Made by a program: the position numbers and the translations under genes. From Thermoanaerobaculia bacterium (lineage in GTDB: Bacteria > Acidobacteriota > Thermoanaerobaculia > Multivoradales > Multivoraceae), in assembly GCA_963666565.1 (NCBI GenBank), contig OY762911.1:2336001-2400000 (forward strand): DNA of 64,000 nucleotides. Direction: 5' to 3'. Below the pieces are notes generated by a model. It had not been told where the DNA came from and did not search any database. It saw nothing but the letters and a program-made list of their open reading frames with translations. How positions within the stretch are numbered: the first letter of the stretch is position 1; each line of letters starts with the position of its first letter. Shown here one piece after another: positions 1 to 9,202 of this stretch.

Positions 1-2
1 CC

Positions 3-1871
3 GCCACTTGCAGCTTCCCGGCTCAGGAGGGGACCTATCCCTACTTCGGGCAGGTGTTCGCCCACGAGGTCGGCCACAACCTGGGCGCGAACCACGATCC
101 GGCCAACACGGATGTCACGAAGGACCAGGCCTTCCGTCCGTGGGCCTTCGGGCACTTCGACATCGACGTCAATCCAACGGTCGAGACGATCATGAGCTAC
201 CGCAGCTACTCGCCGCGCCAGTGGGTACCGTTCTTCTCCTCGGTGCGGATCAGGCCGAACGGCTGGGCGATCGGAGTCCAGGACGAGAGGGAGAACGAGC
301 GCGCTCTCTACGACGGCGCTCCCCTGGCCGTCGTTTACGACGACTGGATCCCGGACCCGTCCGAGTGGCCGGCGCACCCGTCCTATGCGCAGCCACCGGC
401 CGCGCCGGAGAACCTGAAGGTCGCGTCGACGAGCGCGACCAGCGCCCGGCTCGAGTGGGTCGACGCGGCGGATACGGAGGCGGGCTTCCAGATCCAGGCC
501 AGAACCGGGGCCGACATATGGCGCGTCGTCGAGGCCGTGCCGGCCGACCGCGAATCGGTGGAGGTCGACGGCCTGAAACGGGAGGCCCGGTACGCGTTCA
601 GGGTGCGCGCGCATCATGCCCGGGGAGGCGCGGACAGCGAGATCGTCAGCGTCACGCTACGGGCGGGCGGCGGCCCGGGGCCGGGCCCCGGCCCCGGAGA
701 CATCGACGTCCCGAAGGATCTCGGCGCCGCGGCTCTCGGCTCGACGTCCATCGAGTTGAGCTGGAGTGGCGTCACGGACGGGACGGTCGAGGTCGAGGCG
801 CGCACCTGGAAGGCTGGCTGGGCTCATGTGGCGACCGCCGACGCCGCGGACGGCCGGGCGACCGTGGCGAATCTCGAGGCCGAGGCCCCCTACACGTTCC
901 GGCTGCGAAGCCGGACCGGCGGCGGCAAGGTCTCCGCGTGGTCCGACGAGGTCAGCGCGACGACCGGCGACGCGTCCGGCGCCTGCCGGGACGGCGGCGA
1001 GTATCTCTGCCTGTCGGAGGGTCGATTCGAGATCCGCGTCCACTGGAAGGACCACAACCGGGAGGGCGTGTACGGCGCGGGGACGGCCGTGCCGATCGAC
1101 GTCTCGGACGAGTCGGGGATGTTCTGGTTCTTCAGCAGCACGAACATCGAGCTGGTCGTCAAGACGCTCGACGGCCGGGGAGTCAACGGCCACTACTGGG
1201 TGTTCTTCGGCGCGCTCTCGGACGTGGAGTACTGGGTGACGGTCCGCGACACGTCGGGCGGCGGCAGGCGGACGTACCACAACCCGCCGGCGGAGAACTG
1301 CGGCCAGTCGGACATCACGGCGTTCGTGCCGTCCGCGGCGTCCTCCAGCGCTCCAGTCTGCGGGCGACGAGACGGCGGCACTCCTGGTCCTTCGTGTGGC
1401 GCTTCCGCGGAGGCCGGGACCGCCGGGGTTTTCGGAGTCTCCGGCATCGAACTGGTTCCGATGAGGGCGTCGCCGATCGACCTGCCCTCCGTCGCCCTGG
1501 CGCAGGACGGCGGCGGGACGTGCGAACCGGCCGCCGGCCGCCTCTGCCTGCACGATGGCCGCTTCTCGGTCGAGGTCGAGTTCACCGACCCGAACGTGAA
1601 CGAGCGCAAGGCCGGTCAGGTCGTCTCGTCGCTGACCACGGCGGAGACCGGGTTCTTCTGGTTCTTCAGCCCGACCAACGTGGAACTGGCGGCAAAGGTG
1701 CTGGACGGCCGCGCGCTGACGGGCAAGTACTGGTTCCTTTACGGCGGCCTCTCCGACGTGGAGTACGTCGTGACGCTGACCGATACGGCGACCGGCGAGT
1801 CGAAGCGCTACATCAACGAGGCGGGCAGTCTCTGCGGCGGCATCGACACCTCGGCGCTGCCCCTCCAGTAG
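3..1871 (+). CDS. Zinc metallopeptidase (M12/reprolysin-like) with 2 FN3 domains and 2 C-terminal Cys-containing repeat domains; 5'-truncated
   Basis: Frame open from the window edge. HEVGHNLGANH zinc motif, Met-turn TIMSY, FN3 motifs (YAFRVRA, YTFRLRS), two LCLxxGRF...FWFFS..NxEL..KxLDG repeats. Confidence 0.85.
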   Translation, partial: ATCSFPAQEGTYPYFGQVFAHEVGHNLGANHDPANTDVTKDQAFRPWAFGHFDIDVNPTVETIMSYRSYSPRQWVPFFSSVRIRPNGWAIGVQDERENERALYDGAPLAVVYDDWIPDPSEWPAHPSYAQPPAAPENLKVASTSATSARLEWVDAADTEAGFQIQARTGADIWRVVEAVPADRESVEVDGLKREARYAFRVRAHHARGGADSEIVSVTLRAGGGPGPGPGPGDIDVPKDLGAAALGSTSIELSWSGVTDGTVEVEARTWKAGWAHVATADAADGRATVANLEAEAPYTFRLRSRTGGGKVSAWSDEVSATTGDASGACRDGGEYLCLSEGRFEIRVHWKDHNREGVYGAGTAVPIDVSDESGMFWFFSSTNIELVVKTLDGRGVNGHYWVFFGALSDVEYWVTVRDTSGGGRRTYHNPPAENCGQSDITAFVPSAASSSAPVCGRRDGGTPGPSCGASAEAGTAGVFGVSGIELVPMRASPIDLPSVALAQDGGGTCEPAAGRLCLHDGRFSVEVEFTDPNVNERKAGQVVSSLTTAETGFFWFFSPTNVELAAKVLDGRALTGKYWFLYGGLSDVEYVVTLTDTATGESKRYINEAGSLCGGIDTSALPLQ

Positions 1872-1893
1872 GGGGTGCGCCGGTCGGTGCGCT

Positions 1894-2073
1894 GGGTGCG
1901 CGGGTCTTCCGACCCGCTGGGTCCGCGGGTCTTCCGACCCGCTCGCCGCCGAAGGCGGCGGACAGCATCGTCGCCGGCCTTTGGCCGGCGGCCTTGTTGT
2001 CCGGGCTGCGCCGCTTCGCGGCTTCGCCCGGCGAGCGGGTCGGAAGACCCGCGCACCGACCCGCGCACCCAGC
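1894..2073. repeat. REP/REPIN-like element (2 forward cores, 1 reverse core, 1 partial)
   Basis: Cores at 1894-1917, 1919-1942 and reverse 2035-2057; the spacer matches those at 6.7 and 54.8 kb. Confidence 0.9.
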
Positions 2074-2095
2074 CGGGCGTCTATACTGATCGGCC

Positions 2096-4618
2096 ATGAG
2101 CGAATCCCGACTTCCCGTAGCGGATGACCGCGGTGCCGGGTCCGGTCCGGACCGGCGGCGGTTCCGGCGCTTGGCGTTCCGCCTGGCGCTTCCCTGTCTC
2201 GTCTTTCTTGCCGCGAGCGCCCAGGGTCAACGGTTCTTGACCGTCGCACCGCTGGGCGACGATCCGACCTCGGACGGTTGGTCGGTCGACGTCGATCACG
2301 ACCTCGTGCGTTCCGCGCCGCGGCGTATCGAGTTCGAGGCGCCGGACGGCCGCGTCCTGACCCCCGAGATGCGCGTCTTCGAAGACCGCGGCGACGGCAA
2401 CGCGATGTGGGTCGGCGGCTATCCCGAACTCGGCTACGACAACGTCGTGCTGACGCTGCAGGACGGCCACCTGCTGGGGCGCTTCGGGCTGCCGGAAGGC
2501 GGCACGTACTGGATTCGCTCGCCCGGCCAGGGTTCCGGCCGCCTGACCGAGGGCGGCGAGACGTCGGCGCGGGCCTGCGGCGGCGGAGTCGTACCGGACC
2601 GCGACCCGGTGGAGCGGGTGGCCGCGGCGGCGAGCGCGGACACGCCCCGGCGCGCGAAGAACGCGTCGAACCACGACCGCCTCGACATCCTGGTGCTCTA
2701 CACGGCAGCCGCGCGGCAGCGGCTGGAGCAGGCGGGCTGGGGGGCGCCCGCGGCGTTCACGCAGCACGCAATGGACTACCTGAACCTGGTGTTCCGCAAC
2801 AACCAGGTCACCGTGACGGGGAATCTGGTGCACCAGGAGGAGGCGCCGGCCGTATTGGGTCAGTTCAACAACCCGCTGGACGCGCTCACGGGCAGTCAAG
2901 AGGTGCACGATCTGCGGGTGGAGCACGAGGCCGATCTCGTCCACCTGTTCTTCAACGCCGAGGCCGGTCTCTGCGGCCAAGCATGGCTGATGACGCGTGG
3001 GAGCACGGCGGCGAACTTCTGGCGCAGCGGCTACGGCATTACGTCCGTGGCCGGCGGCTGCGTCAGCGCCGAGCGGCTGGTGCGGCCCGGAGAACACGCG
3101 AACCATGTCGAGACGTTCGCCCACGAGATCGGCCACAACCTGGGGGGGAATCACAACCCGGAGGACACGGGTCTCGAGCCCGACCGGGCGATTTACCCCT
3201 ACGCCTTCGGCCACCACAACTTCGAGCCGCAGCCCAACCGGAAGAGCGTGATGAGCTACAACGAGGGCCGGCAGATGCCGTTCTTCTCGACCGTGCGGGT
3301 GAAGCCGGATGGCTACACCCTCGGCGTCGCGAACGAGCGGGAGAACGAGCGCGCCGTGCAGCAGACCATTCACATCGCGGTCCGGCTCAGCGACCAGCTT
3401 CCCGAACCGGGGGAACCCCCGCCGCCGCCGCCGCCGCCAGGCGATCTGCCGTCGGCGCCCACCGACGTTTCCGTTCTGGCCACCGGCAGCACCAGCGTCA
3501 AGGTGACCTGGACCGACACGTCGGACGACGAGCACGGCTTCCACGTCCTCGCCCGGCCCGCGGGCGCCGGCTGGCGGACGGTGGCCGAGGCGCCCGCGAA
3601 CGCGGAGTCGGCCGACGTCGACGGCCTCAGGGCCGGCGCCCGCTACGACTTCCGCGTCCGGGCCTGGAACCGCAGCGGCGGCCGCAATAGCGGCGTGACG
3701 ACGATCGTCCTGAGCGGGGCCGAGTACACCGACTGCGTGCCGTCCGCGGCCCAGATCGCGTTCGAGCACGGCTTCACCGTCAGCATGTGCGTCGAGTACG
3801 AGAAGGACGGCGAGACGGTGAAGACGGACGCGAAGGACTACGGCCTCGAGTCCCGGGAATCGGGGTTGCTGTACTTCTTCGATCGCGACAATGCGGAGGT
3901 GCTGGTCAAGGTGCTCGACGCCTGCGCGGTGAACCAGTACCGCTGGGTGTTCGTCGCGCCGGTCACGGACCTAGCCTTCAACCTTCGCGTCAACGAGACG
4001 GAAACCGGGAAGTCGTGGACCCACCGTAACCCCAGGGGCGGCCAGACCGCGTTGACGAAGAGCGACGTGCGGGCCTTCCCGTGCGACGGCGGGGCGGGAT
4101 CGACCGCCGCCGGCGAGCCTGGCGGCGAAGGCGTGACCGGCGTGGACCTCGTCGCGGCGGGTCTTCCCGCCGCCCCGGCGCCGGCGCCGGCCGCGACGCC
4201 GCCTGCAGCGCTGCTTTCCGCGGCGTCCGTGATCCAGCCCATCGGCGCCGGCGAGGCGACGGACTGCGCGCCGATGCCGGCGATGACGCTGGCCGGCGGC
4301 TACACCGTCAACATGTGCGTCGAGTACCTCAAGGACGGCAACCCCGAGGTCAAGGAGGCGCTGGACTACGGTCTGGATTCCCGGCAGTCGGGGCTCCTGT
4401 ACTTCTTCGATCGCAACAACGCGGAAGTGCTGATCAAGGTGCTCGACGGCTGCGACGTGAACCGGCACCGCTGGGTGTTCGTGGCGCCGGTGACGGACCT
4501 CGCGTTCAACCTGTCGGTCGTGTCGCCGGACGGCCAGGCGGTGTGGACGCACGACAACGCGCTGGGCCAGACCGCGTCGGCCAAGAGCGACGTCGCGGCC
4601 TTCCCCTGCGCCAACTGA
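2096..4618 (+). CDS. Secreted M12-like zinc metallopeptidase with FN3 and 2 C-terminal repeat domains
   Basis: Signal peptide (LALPCLVFLAASAQG), HEIGHNLGGNH, SVMSY Met-turn, poly-Pro linker, FN3, duplicated SGLLYFFDRxNAEVLxKVLD domain. TATACT lies 8 nt upstream of the ATG. Confidence 0.88.
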   Translation: MSESRLPVADDRGAGSGPDRRRFRRLAFRLALPCLVFLAASAQGQRFLTVAPLGDDPTSDGWSVDVDHDLVRSAPRRIEFEAPDGRVLTPEMRVFEDRGDGNAMWVGGYPELGYDNVVLTLQDGHLLGRFGLPEGGTYWIRSPGQGSGRLTEGGETSARACGGGVVPDRDPVERVAAAASADTPRRAKNASNHDRLDILVLYTAAARQRLEQAGWGAPAAFTQHAMDYLNLVFRNNQVTVTGNLVHQEEAPAVLGQFNNPLDALTGSQEVHDLRVEHEADLVHLFFNAEAGLCGQAWLMTRGSTAANFWRSGYGITSVAGGCVSAERLVRPGEHANHVETFAHEIGHNLGGNHNPEDTGLEPDRAIYPYAFGHHNFEPQPNRKSVMSYNEGRQMPFFSTVRVKPDGYTLGVANERENERAVQQTIHIAVRLSDQLPEPGEPPPPPPPPGDLPSAPTDVSVLATGSTSVKVTWTDTSDDEHGFHVLARPAGAGWRTVAEAPANAESADVDGLRAGARYDFRVRAWNRSGGRNSGVTTIVLSGAEYTDCVPSAAQIAFEHGFTVSMCVEYEKDGETVKTDAKDYGLESRESGLLYFFDRDNAEVLVKVLDACAVNQYRWVFVAPVTDLAFNLRVNETETGKSWTHRNPRGGQTALTKSDVRAFPCDGGAGSTAAGEPGGEGVTGVDLVAAGLPAAPAPAPAATPPAALLSAASVIQPIGAGEATDCAPMPAMTLAGGYTVNMCVEYLKDGNPEVKEALDYGLDSRQSGLLYFFDRNNAEVLIKVLDGCDVNRHRWVFVAPVTDLAFNLSVVSPDGQAVWTHDNALGQTASAKSDVAAFPCAN

Positions 4619-4721
4619 CCGGCGAGCGGGACCGCTCCCCCTTCGCGTCGTCGCTGCTCCCGGAGTGCCAGCCGGAACGGCGGCGCTCCCGGAGAACCGG
4701 GCTTCCCGCTCTCGCAGGCGG

Positions 4722-6182
4722 TCAATAGACCGCCGTCTCCGGGTAGAACGCGTACCAGCCGAACCAGAAGGCCGCGTGGCCCGGCACGCGCGGCAGCAGC
4801 TCGCCGCCCGCGTCGGGCGCCAGGCCGTCCTCGGCGATCCACCAGACGCTGCCGTCGTCCGCGCGAAGCTGGCGGAGCGGTGCCTCGTCCGGCGCATCGA
4901 ACCTCCGTCCGCCTCGTTCGTAGGCCCGCACCGCGTCGCTTGCCGGGTCGAGGACGAGCACGACGTTTCGGCCTCCGAGGGTGTCGTGGACCAGCCGCTC
5001 GGCGCGCAGCTTCGCGAGCGGGTAGGCCTTCGCCTCGCCGGCGATCCGAAGCGCGTAGATCGGCTCGTTGCGCGGGAGCGCGTCGCTTTGCCTCCACACC
5101 GGGAACTCGACGCCCGTGCGCGCCCGTTCGGCGGCGCCTTCGACGTAGCGGTAGCCGGTGCGCCGCGCGGTCTCCGGGTCGGGCCGCATGATCGTCGTGT
5201 CCGGGTAGCGCTGTCGCCAGGCGTCCCATCGCGTGAGGGTCATCGGCAGCATCCTGAGTTTCGCTCCCTCGGCGGCGCGCTCCCCGACGACGGCCTCGCC
5301 GGTCAGGTTGCTCCACAGGCTGAGCGTGGCGCGGTCGAACATCAGCTTGTTCGAGCGGTAGAGCAGGCCGGAGGTGCCGAAGCGGAGGCGGTTGCCGTCG
5401 CCGTCGACCGCCGCGTAGAGGATCCCCGAACCGCACAGCGTGCAGAAGGAGAGTACGACCGGCTGGCCGCCCACCGTGTCGTTCAGGAGTTCGTGCCAGC
5501 TCAGCACCTTGACCGGGTAGGCGCGCCGCTCGCCGCCCAGGCTGACGCCGAAGACGGTGTCCGTGTCGCGCATGAAGCGGGCGACGTCCGCCGGGACGAA
5601 GGCGGGATCGTCGATGGCCGGGATGCCGTCGAGCGGCACGCCGCCCGTGTGGACTTCTCGCAGCCGCAGGCGCACCGCCGCGCCGGGACGGAAAATCTCG
5701 CCGTAGACCGGGTCGATGCGCGAGAACGTCTCCCCCTTCCAGGCGACGTAGCCGGGCGGCGCCGCGAGATCGTCGCGGCTGGCGGCGTGGAGGAACCAGT
5801 CCCGGTAGCGGCCGCCGAGCCGTTCGCCGGCGAGGCGCTCCAGGAGTTCCCTGCCGTCGGCGCGGGCCTCGCCCGGCATGAAGAAGTACGCGTCGACCAG
5901 CGGGATCAGCGTCGCCGGATCGGCCTTCGACAGCGCGGCCGCCGCCTTGCGCCGCGCCTTCGGCTTCGTCGACATCAGCCGCCGCAGGCGTTCGTAGACG
6001 GGACCGTCGGCGCCGGCGGGGTCCACCGAGAGCTGCCGCGGCGTCGCTCGGGGTTCGTCGGCCGGCGGAACCTGGGCCGCAACGCTGGTCGCGGCGAACA
6101 GCGCCAGGAAGGCGAACGCGGCGGCCGGTCGCGGAGCGGCGGTCGGCGGCGGAAGCGCGTTCCGGGGTCGTGGAGAGGTCAT
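4722..6182 (-). CDS. Exported DUF3179 domain protein
   Basis: GGVPLDGIPAIDDP, RAYP..L.WHE..ND, FCTLCGSG, FGTSGLLYRSN and AFWFGWYAFYPET motifs; signal peptide follows the ATG at 6182. Confidence 0.85.
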   Translation of the reverse strand: MTSPRPRNALPPPTAAPRPAAAFAFLALFAATSVAAQVPPADEPRATPRQLSVDPAGADGPVYERLRRLMSTKPKARRKAAAALSKADPATLIPLVDAYFFMPGEARADGRELLERLAGERLGGRYRDWFLHAASRDDLAAPPGYVAWKGETFSRIDPVYGEIFRPGAAVRLRLREVHTGGVPLDGIPAIDDPAFVPADVARFMRDTDTVFGVSLGGERRAYPVKVLSWHELLNDTVGGQPVVLSFCTLCGSGILYAAVDGDGNRLRFGTSGLLYRSNKLMFDRATLSLWSNLTGEAVVGERAAEGAKLRMLPMTLTRWDAWRQRYPDTTIMRPDPETARRTGYRYVEGAAERARTGVEFPVWRQSDALPRNEPIYALRIAGEAKAYPLAKLRAERLVHDTLGGRNVVLVLDPASDAVRAYERGGRRFDAPDEAPLRQLRADDGSVWWIAEDGLAPDAGGELLPRVPGHAAFWFGWYAFYPETAVY

Positions 6183-6213
6183 CGTCTCGGTCGCCGTCGA
6201 TAGTATGCGCGCC

Positions 6214-6705
6214 GTGCCGGAAGCAGTGCCCAGGGCCAGAGCGTGGCTCCTCGTCCTGCTGCTCGGCGTCGGCGCGGTTGCCGCGCAGGGTCCGCCGCGG
6301 GTCGTTCTCTCCGGCATCGAGGTGGCGCCGGCCGCGCCCGGCGCCGAGACGCTCTGCAAGTTGACCGCGACGATCGAGAACTCGGGCGACCGGGCCGTCT
6401 ACGGCTTCGGCTTCGACGTCGAGCTGAACGGCGAACCGTTGCCCGTTTACGAGAAGCAACTCTTCCTCCAGGTGATCGAGGCCGGCGAGACGGAGGAGGT
6501 CGCTCTCTTCAACTTCTGGACCTCGGAAACCGGCCGGCCGGCGCCGGCGGACGGCAAGCTCGAGGTGCTGGTCCGTCTGCGAGAGGCGCGCTGGGTCGAG
6601 GTCTCCGAGGTCGAAGAAGACGGCGAGACCGTCGAGGTGTGGACGCCGCTGGGAGACGTCGCCGGTCTGCCGCAGGCGGTCAGCCTGGCGCTCGAACTGA
6701 AGTGA
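6214..6705 (+). CDS. Exported hypothetical protein (predicted beta-sandwich)
   Basis: Signal peptide WLLVLLLGVGAVAAQ; typical codon usage. Start is GTG 6214 (TAGTAT 7 nt upstream) or ATG 6205. Confidence 0.7.
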   Translation: MPEAVPRARAWLLVLLLGVGAVAAQGPPRVVLSGIEVAPAAPGAETLCKLTATIENSGDRAVYGFGFDVELNGEPLPVYEKQLFLQVIEAGETEEVALFNFWTSETGRPAPADGKLEVLVRLREARWVEVSEVEEDGETVEVWTPLGDVAGLPQAVSLALELK

Positions 6706-9113
6706 CCGCAATGCGCGTCCGTTGGGTGCGCGGGTCTTCCGACCCGCTCACGGGCGAAGCCGCGGAGCGGCGCAGCCCGGACAACAGGGCCGCCGGCCGG
6801 GGGCCGGCGACCGCGGCAGACGAGACGCCAGCCAAAGCGGCGCCGGCCTTGCGGCCGGCTCGTACTCCTGGCCGCCTTCGGCGGCAGCGGGTCGGAAGAC
6901 CCGCGCACCCAGCCGGCGGCCGGTTGGGTGCAGGGTCGTTCGCGTTCGCCGCGGCCTTCGTCGTGGCGGCGTGCTCTCCCGCGCCGCCGGAGTCCCGCCC
7001 CGGCGCCGGCGTCGGCACCGCCGCGCCGCGGCCGCCGATCGTCCTGATCTCCATCGACACCCTGCGCTCGGACCGGCTGCCCGCCTACGGCTACGACGCG
7101 GTCGAGACGCCTGCCATCGACCGCCTTGCCGCCGACGGCGTCCTGTTCGAGCGCGCCTACACCCACGTCAACGTCACCCTGCCCTCGCACGCGAGCCTGT
7201 TCACCGGCCTGCTGCCGCCGGACCACGGCGTGCGCGACAACGCCGGCTACCGCCTGGACGAGGCGGTCCCGACCCTGGCGGCGGAACTCGGGCAAGCCGG
7301 CTACGCGACGGGCGGCTTCGTGTCCTCCTACGTCCTGCGCGCCGGGACCGGAATCGCCAGCGGCTTCGACGTCTACGACGACGAGGTCGGGTTCGAGACC
7401 GGCCGCCAGTTGGGCCAGCTTCAGCGCGCGGGCGCCGAGACGCTCACCGCGGCCTCCGAGTGGCTCGGCGGCGTGGCGGGAACGCCCTTCTTCCTGTTCC
7501 TTCACCTCTACGAGCCGCACGCCCCCTACGAGCCGCCGCCGCCGTTCGCCGAGCGCTACCCGGAGAACCCGTACGACGGCGAGGTCGCAGCGGCGGACGC
7601 GGTCGTCGGCGCGCTGATCACGCGCCTGGAGGAACTCGGCGTCTACGACGAAGCTCTCGTTGTCCTGCTCTCGGACCACGGCGAGGGACTGATGGACCAC
7701 GGCGAGATGGACCACCTGATCCTCATCTACCGGGAAGTGCTCCAGGTGCCCCTGATCGTGAAGCTGCCGGACGGTTCGCGTGCCGGCGAGCGGATCGCGG
7801 CGAACGCGCAGCTCGCCGACGTGGCGCCCGCGGTCTACTCGCTGCTCGGCCTGGAAGCGCCGCCTGGACTCGCCGGCGAGGATCTGCTCGCCCTCGGCGC
7901 GGCCCCGCCGGACGCTGCGCCGCGCCGGATCGTCTCGGAGAGCGTCTATCCGCGGATCCACTTCGGCTGGAGCGACCTCGGCTCGGTCGTCGAGGGCGAG
8001 CTGCACTTCATCGAATCGCCCGAGCCGGAGCTGTTCCGCCTGTCCGAGGATCCGGCCGAGCGGAACAACGTGATCCAGCAGGAGCGGGCGGCCGCGCGGC
8101 GCCTGCGCGCGGCGCTTGCGGAGATCGACCGTTCCCTGGCGGCGCCGGCCGAGGACGATCCGGAGGTCCGCCGCCGGCTCGAGTCGCTCGGCTACCTGTC
8201 CGGCGGCGCGAGTGGCGGCGACGGGCCGCTTGCCGACCCCAAGGGCCGCATCTCCGTCGTCGCGGATCTGGGCCGCGCCATGCGGTTGGCGGACGCTGGC
8301 GAACTGGCGGAGGCTGAGTCGGCGTTGCGGGCGGTAGTAACCGCCGAGCCACAACTCGTGCTCGCGTGGCAGTCGCTCGGCGACGTGCTGGAACGCCGGA
8401 AGCGGCCCGGGCCGGCGCTCGAGGCCTACCGCGAGGCGTTCGAGCTCTCGGCCGGCGGCGCCTCCGCAGCGGGGCTCAAGGTCGCCGAACTGCTGCTCCA
8501 GGAGGGCCGCGTCGCCGAGGCCCGCGAACACGCCCTGGCGGTGATTGACCGGTCGCCCATGGCGAACGACGTGCTGGCGCAGGCGGCGATGCTGGAAGGA
8601 GACCTGGACGCGGCCGGAGCACACCTGGAGCGGGCGGTCGCGGAGCGCGGCTTCCGCGTGAGACCTCTGATCACGAAGGCGGCTTGGCTGAACAGACAGG
8701 ATCGCTTCGAGGAAACCCTGGCGCTGAGCGACGGATTGCTGGCCGAGTTCGGCGACCGGCGCGACCGGGAGATCCTCGGGCACCTGTATCTCTACCGCGG
8801 CGCGGCGCTGGCGGCCCTGGGGCGCGAGGGCGAGTCCGAGAGCGCGTACCGGGAGGCGATCGCGCTGGGGCCCGATCTCCTCGGGGCCTGGTCCGGCCTG
8901 GCCTTCCTCCAGGCGCTCATGGGACGCGGCGCCGAGGTCGGCCGCACGCTGCAGGAAATGGTCGCCGTGAACCCGAGCCCGGCGGCGTACGCCGAAGCGG
9001 TGCGGGCGTTGCGGGCGATGAACGATCCGCGCTCCGCGGACGGCGTGCTCGGCGAGGCGCTGCGCCGGTGGCCGGAAGCCGAGGAGTTGCGGCTGCTCAC
9101 GGCCTCGCGCTGA
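6702..9113 (+). CDS. Sulfatase-like (alkaline phosphatase superfamily) lipoprotein with C-terminal TPRs
   Basis: ISIDTLRSD, TLPSHASLFTG, HLYEPHAPY, SDHGE motifs; lipobox VAAC. Start inferred from the GTGA overlap; alternatives are ATG 6711 and TTG 6924. Confidence 0.82.
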   Translation: MTAMRVRWVRGSSDPLTGEAAERRSPDNRAAGRGPATAADETPAKAAPALRPARTPGRLRRQRVGRPAHPAGGRLGAGSFAFAAAFVVAACSPAPPESRPGAGVGTAAPRPPIVLISIDTLRSDRLPAYGYDAVETPAIDRLAADGVLFERAYTHVNVTLPSHASLFTGLLPPDHGVRDNAGYRLDEAVPTLAAELGQAGYATGGFVSSYVLRAGTGIASGFDVYDDEVGFETGRQLGQLQRAGAETLTAASEWLGGVAGTPFFLFLHLYEPHAPYEPPPPFAERYPENPYDGEVAAADAVVGALITRLEELGVYDEALVVLLSDHGEGLMDHGEMDHLILIYREVLQVPLIVKLPDGSRAGERIAANAQLADVAPAVYSLLGLEAPPGLAGEDLLALGAAPPDAAPRRIVSESVYPRIHFGWSDLGSVVEGELHFIESPEPELFRLSEDPAERNNVIQQERAAARRLRAALAEIDRSLAAPAEDDPEVRRRLESLGYLSGGASGGDGPLADPKGRISVVADLGRAMRLADAGELAEAESALRAVVTAEPQLVLAWQSLGDVLERRKRPGPALEAYREAFELSAGGASAAGLKVAELLLQEGRVAEAREHALAVIDRSPMANDVLAQAAMLEGDLDAAGAHLERAVAERGFRVRPLITKAAWLNRQDRFEETLALSDGLLAEFGDRRDREILGHLYLYRGAALAALGREGESESAYREAIALGPDLLGAWSGLAFLQALMGRGAEVGRTLQEMVAVNPSPAAYAEAVRALRAMNDPRSADGVLGEALRRWPEAEELRLLTASR
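6723..6911. repeat. Inverted REP doublet (REPIN-like), in frame within the 5' end of the sulfatase-like ORF
   Basis: Cores 6724-6747 (+) and 6887-6910 (-); 189 bp with no stop in the gene frame. Confidence 0.9.
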
Positions 9114-9202
9114 GTCCGGCCGTGTCCGTCGGGTTCCGACCCGTCCGGGGGAACCGGGCAATCCCGGCCCGCATGAGTGCAAACGGGGTTAGGCTCTTGC
9201 TC

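Noticed and set aside
3725-4615. Diversity-generating retroelement template/variable repeat pair
   Set aside because: Both copies are in-frame domains of one protein, differences are not adenine-specific, and no reverse transcriptase is present.
5430-5450. Selenocysteine in the DUF3179 CxxC motif
   Set aside because: Both positions are ordinary Cys codons and there is no in-frame TGA.
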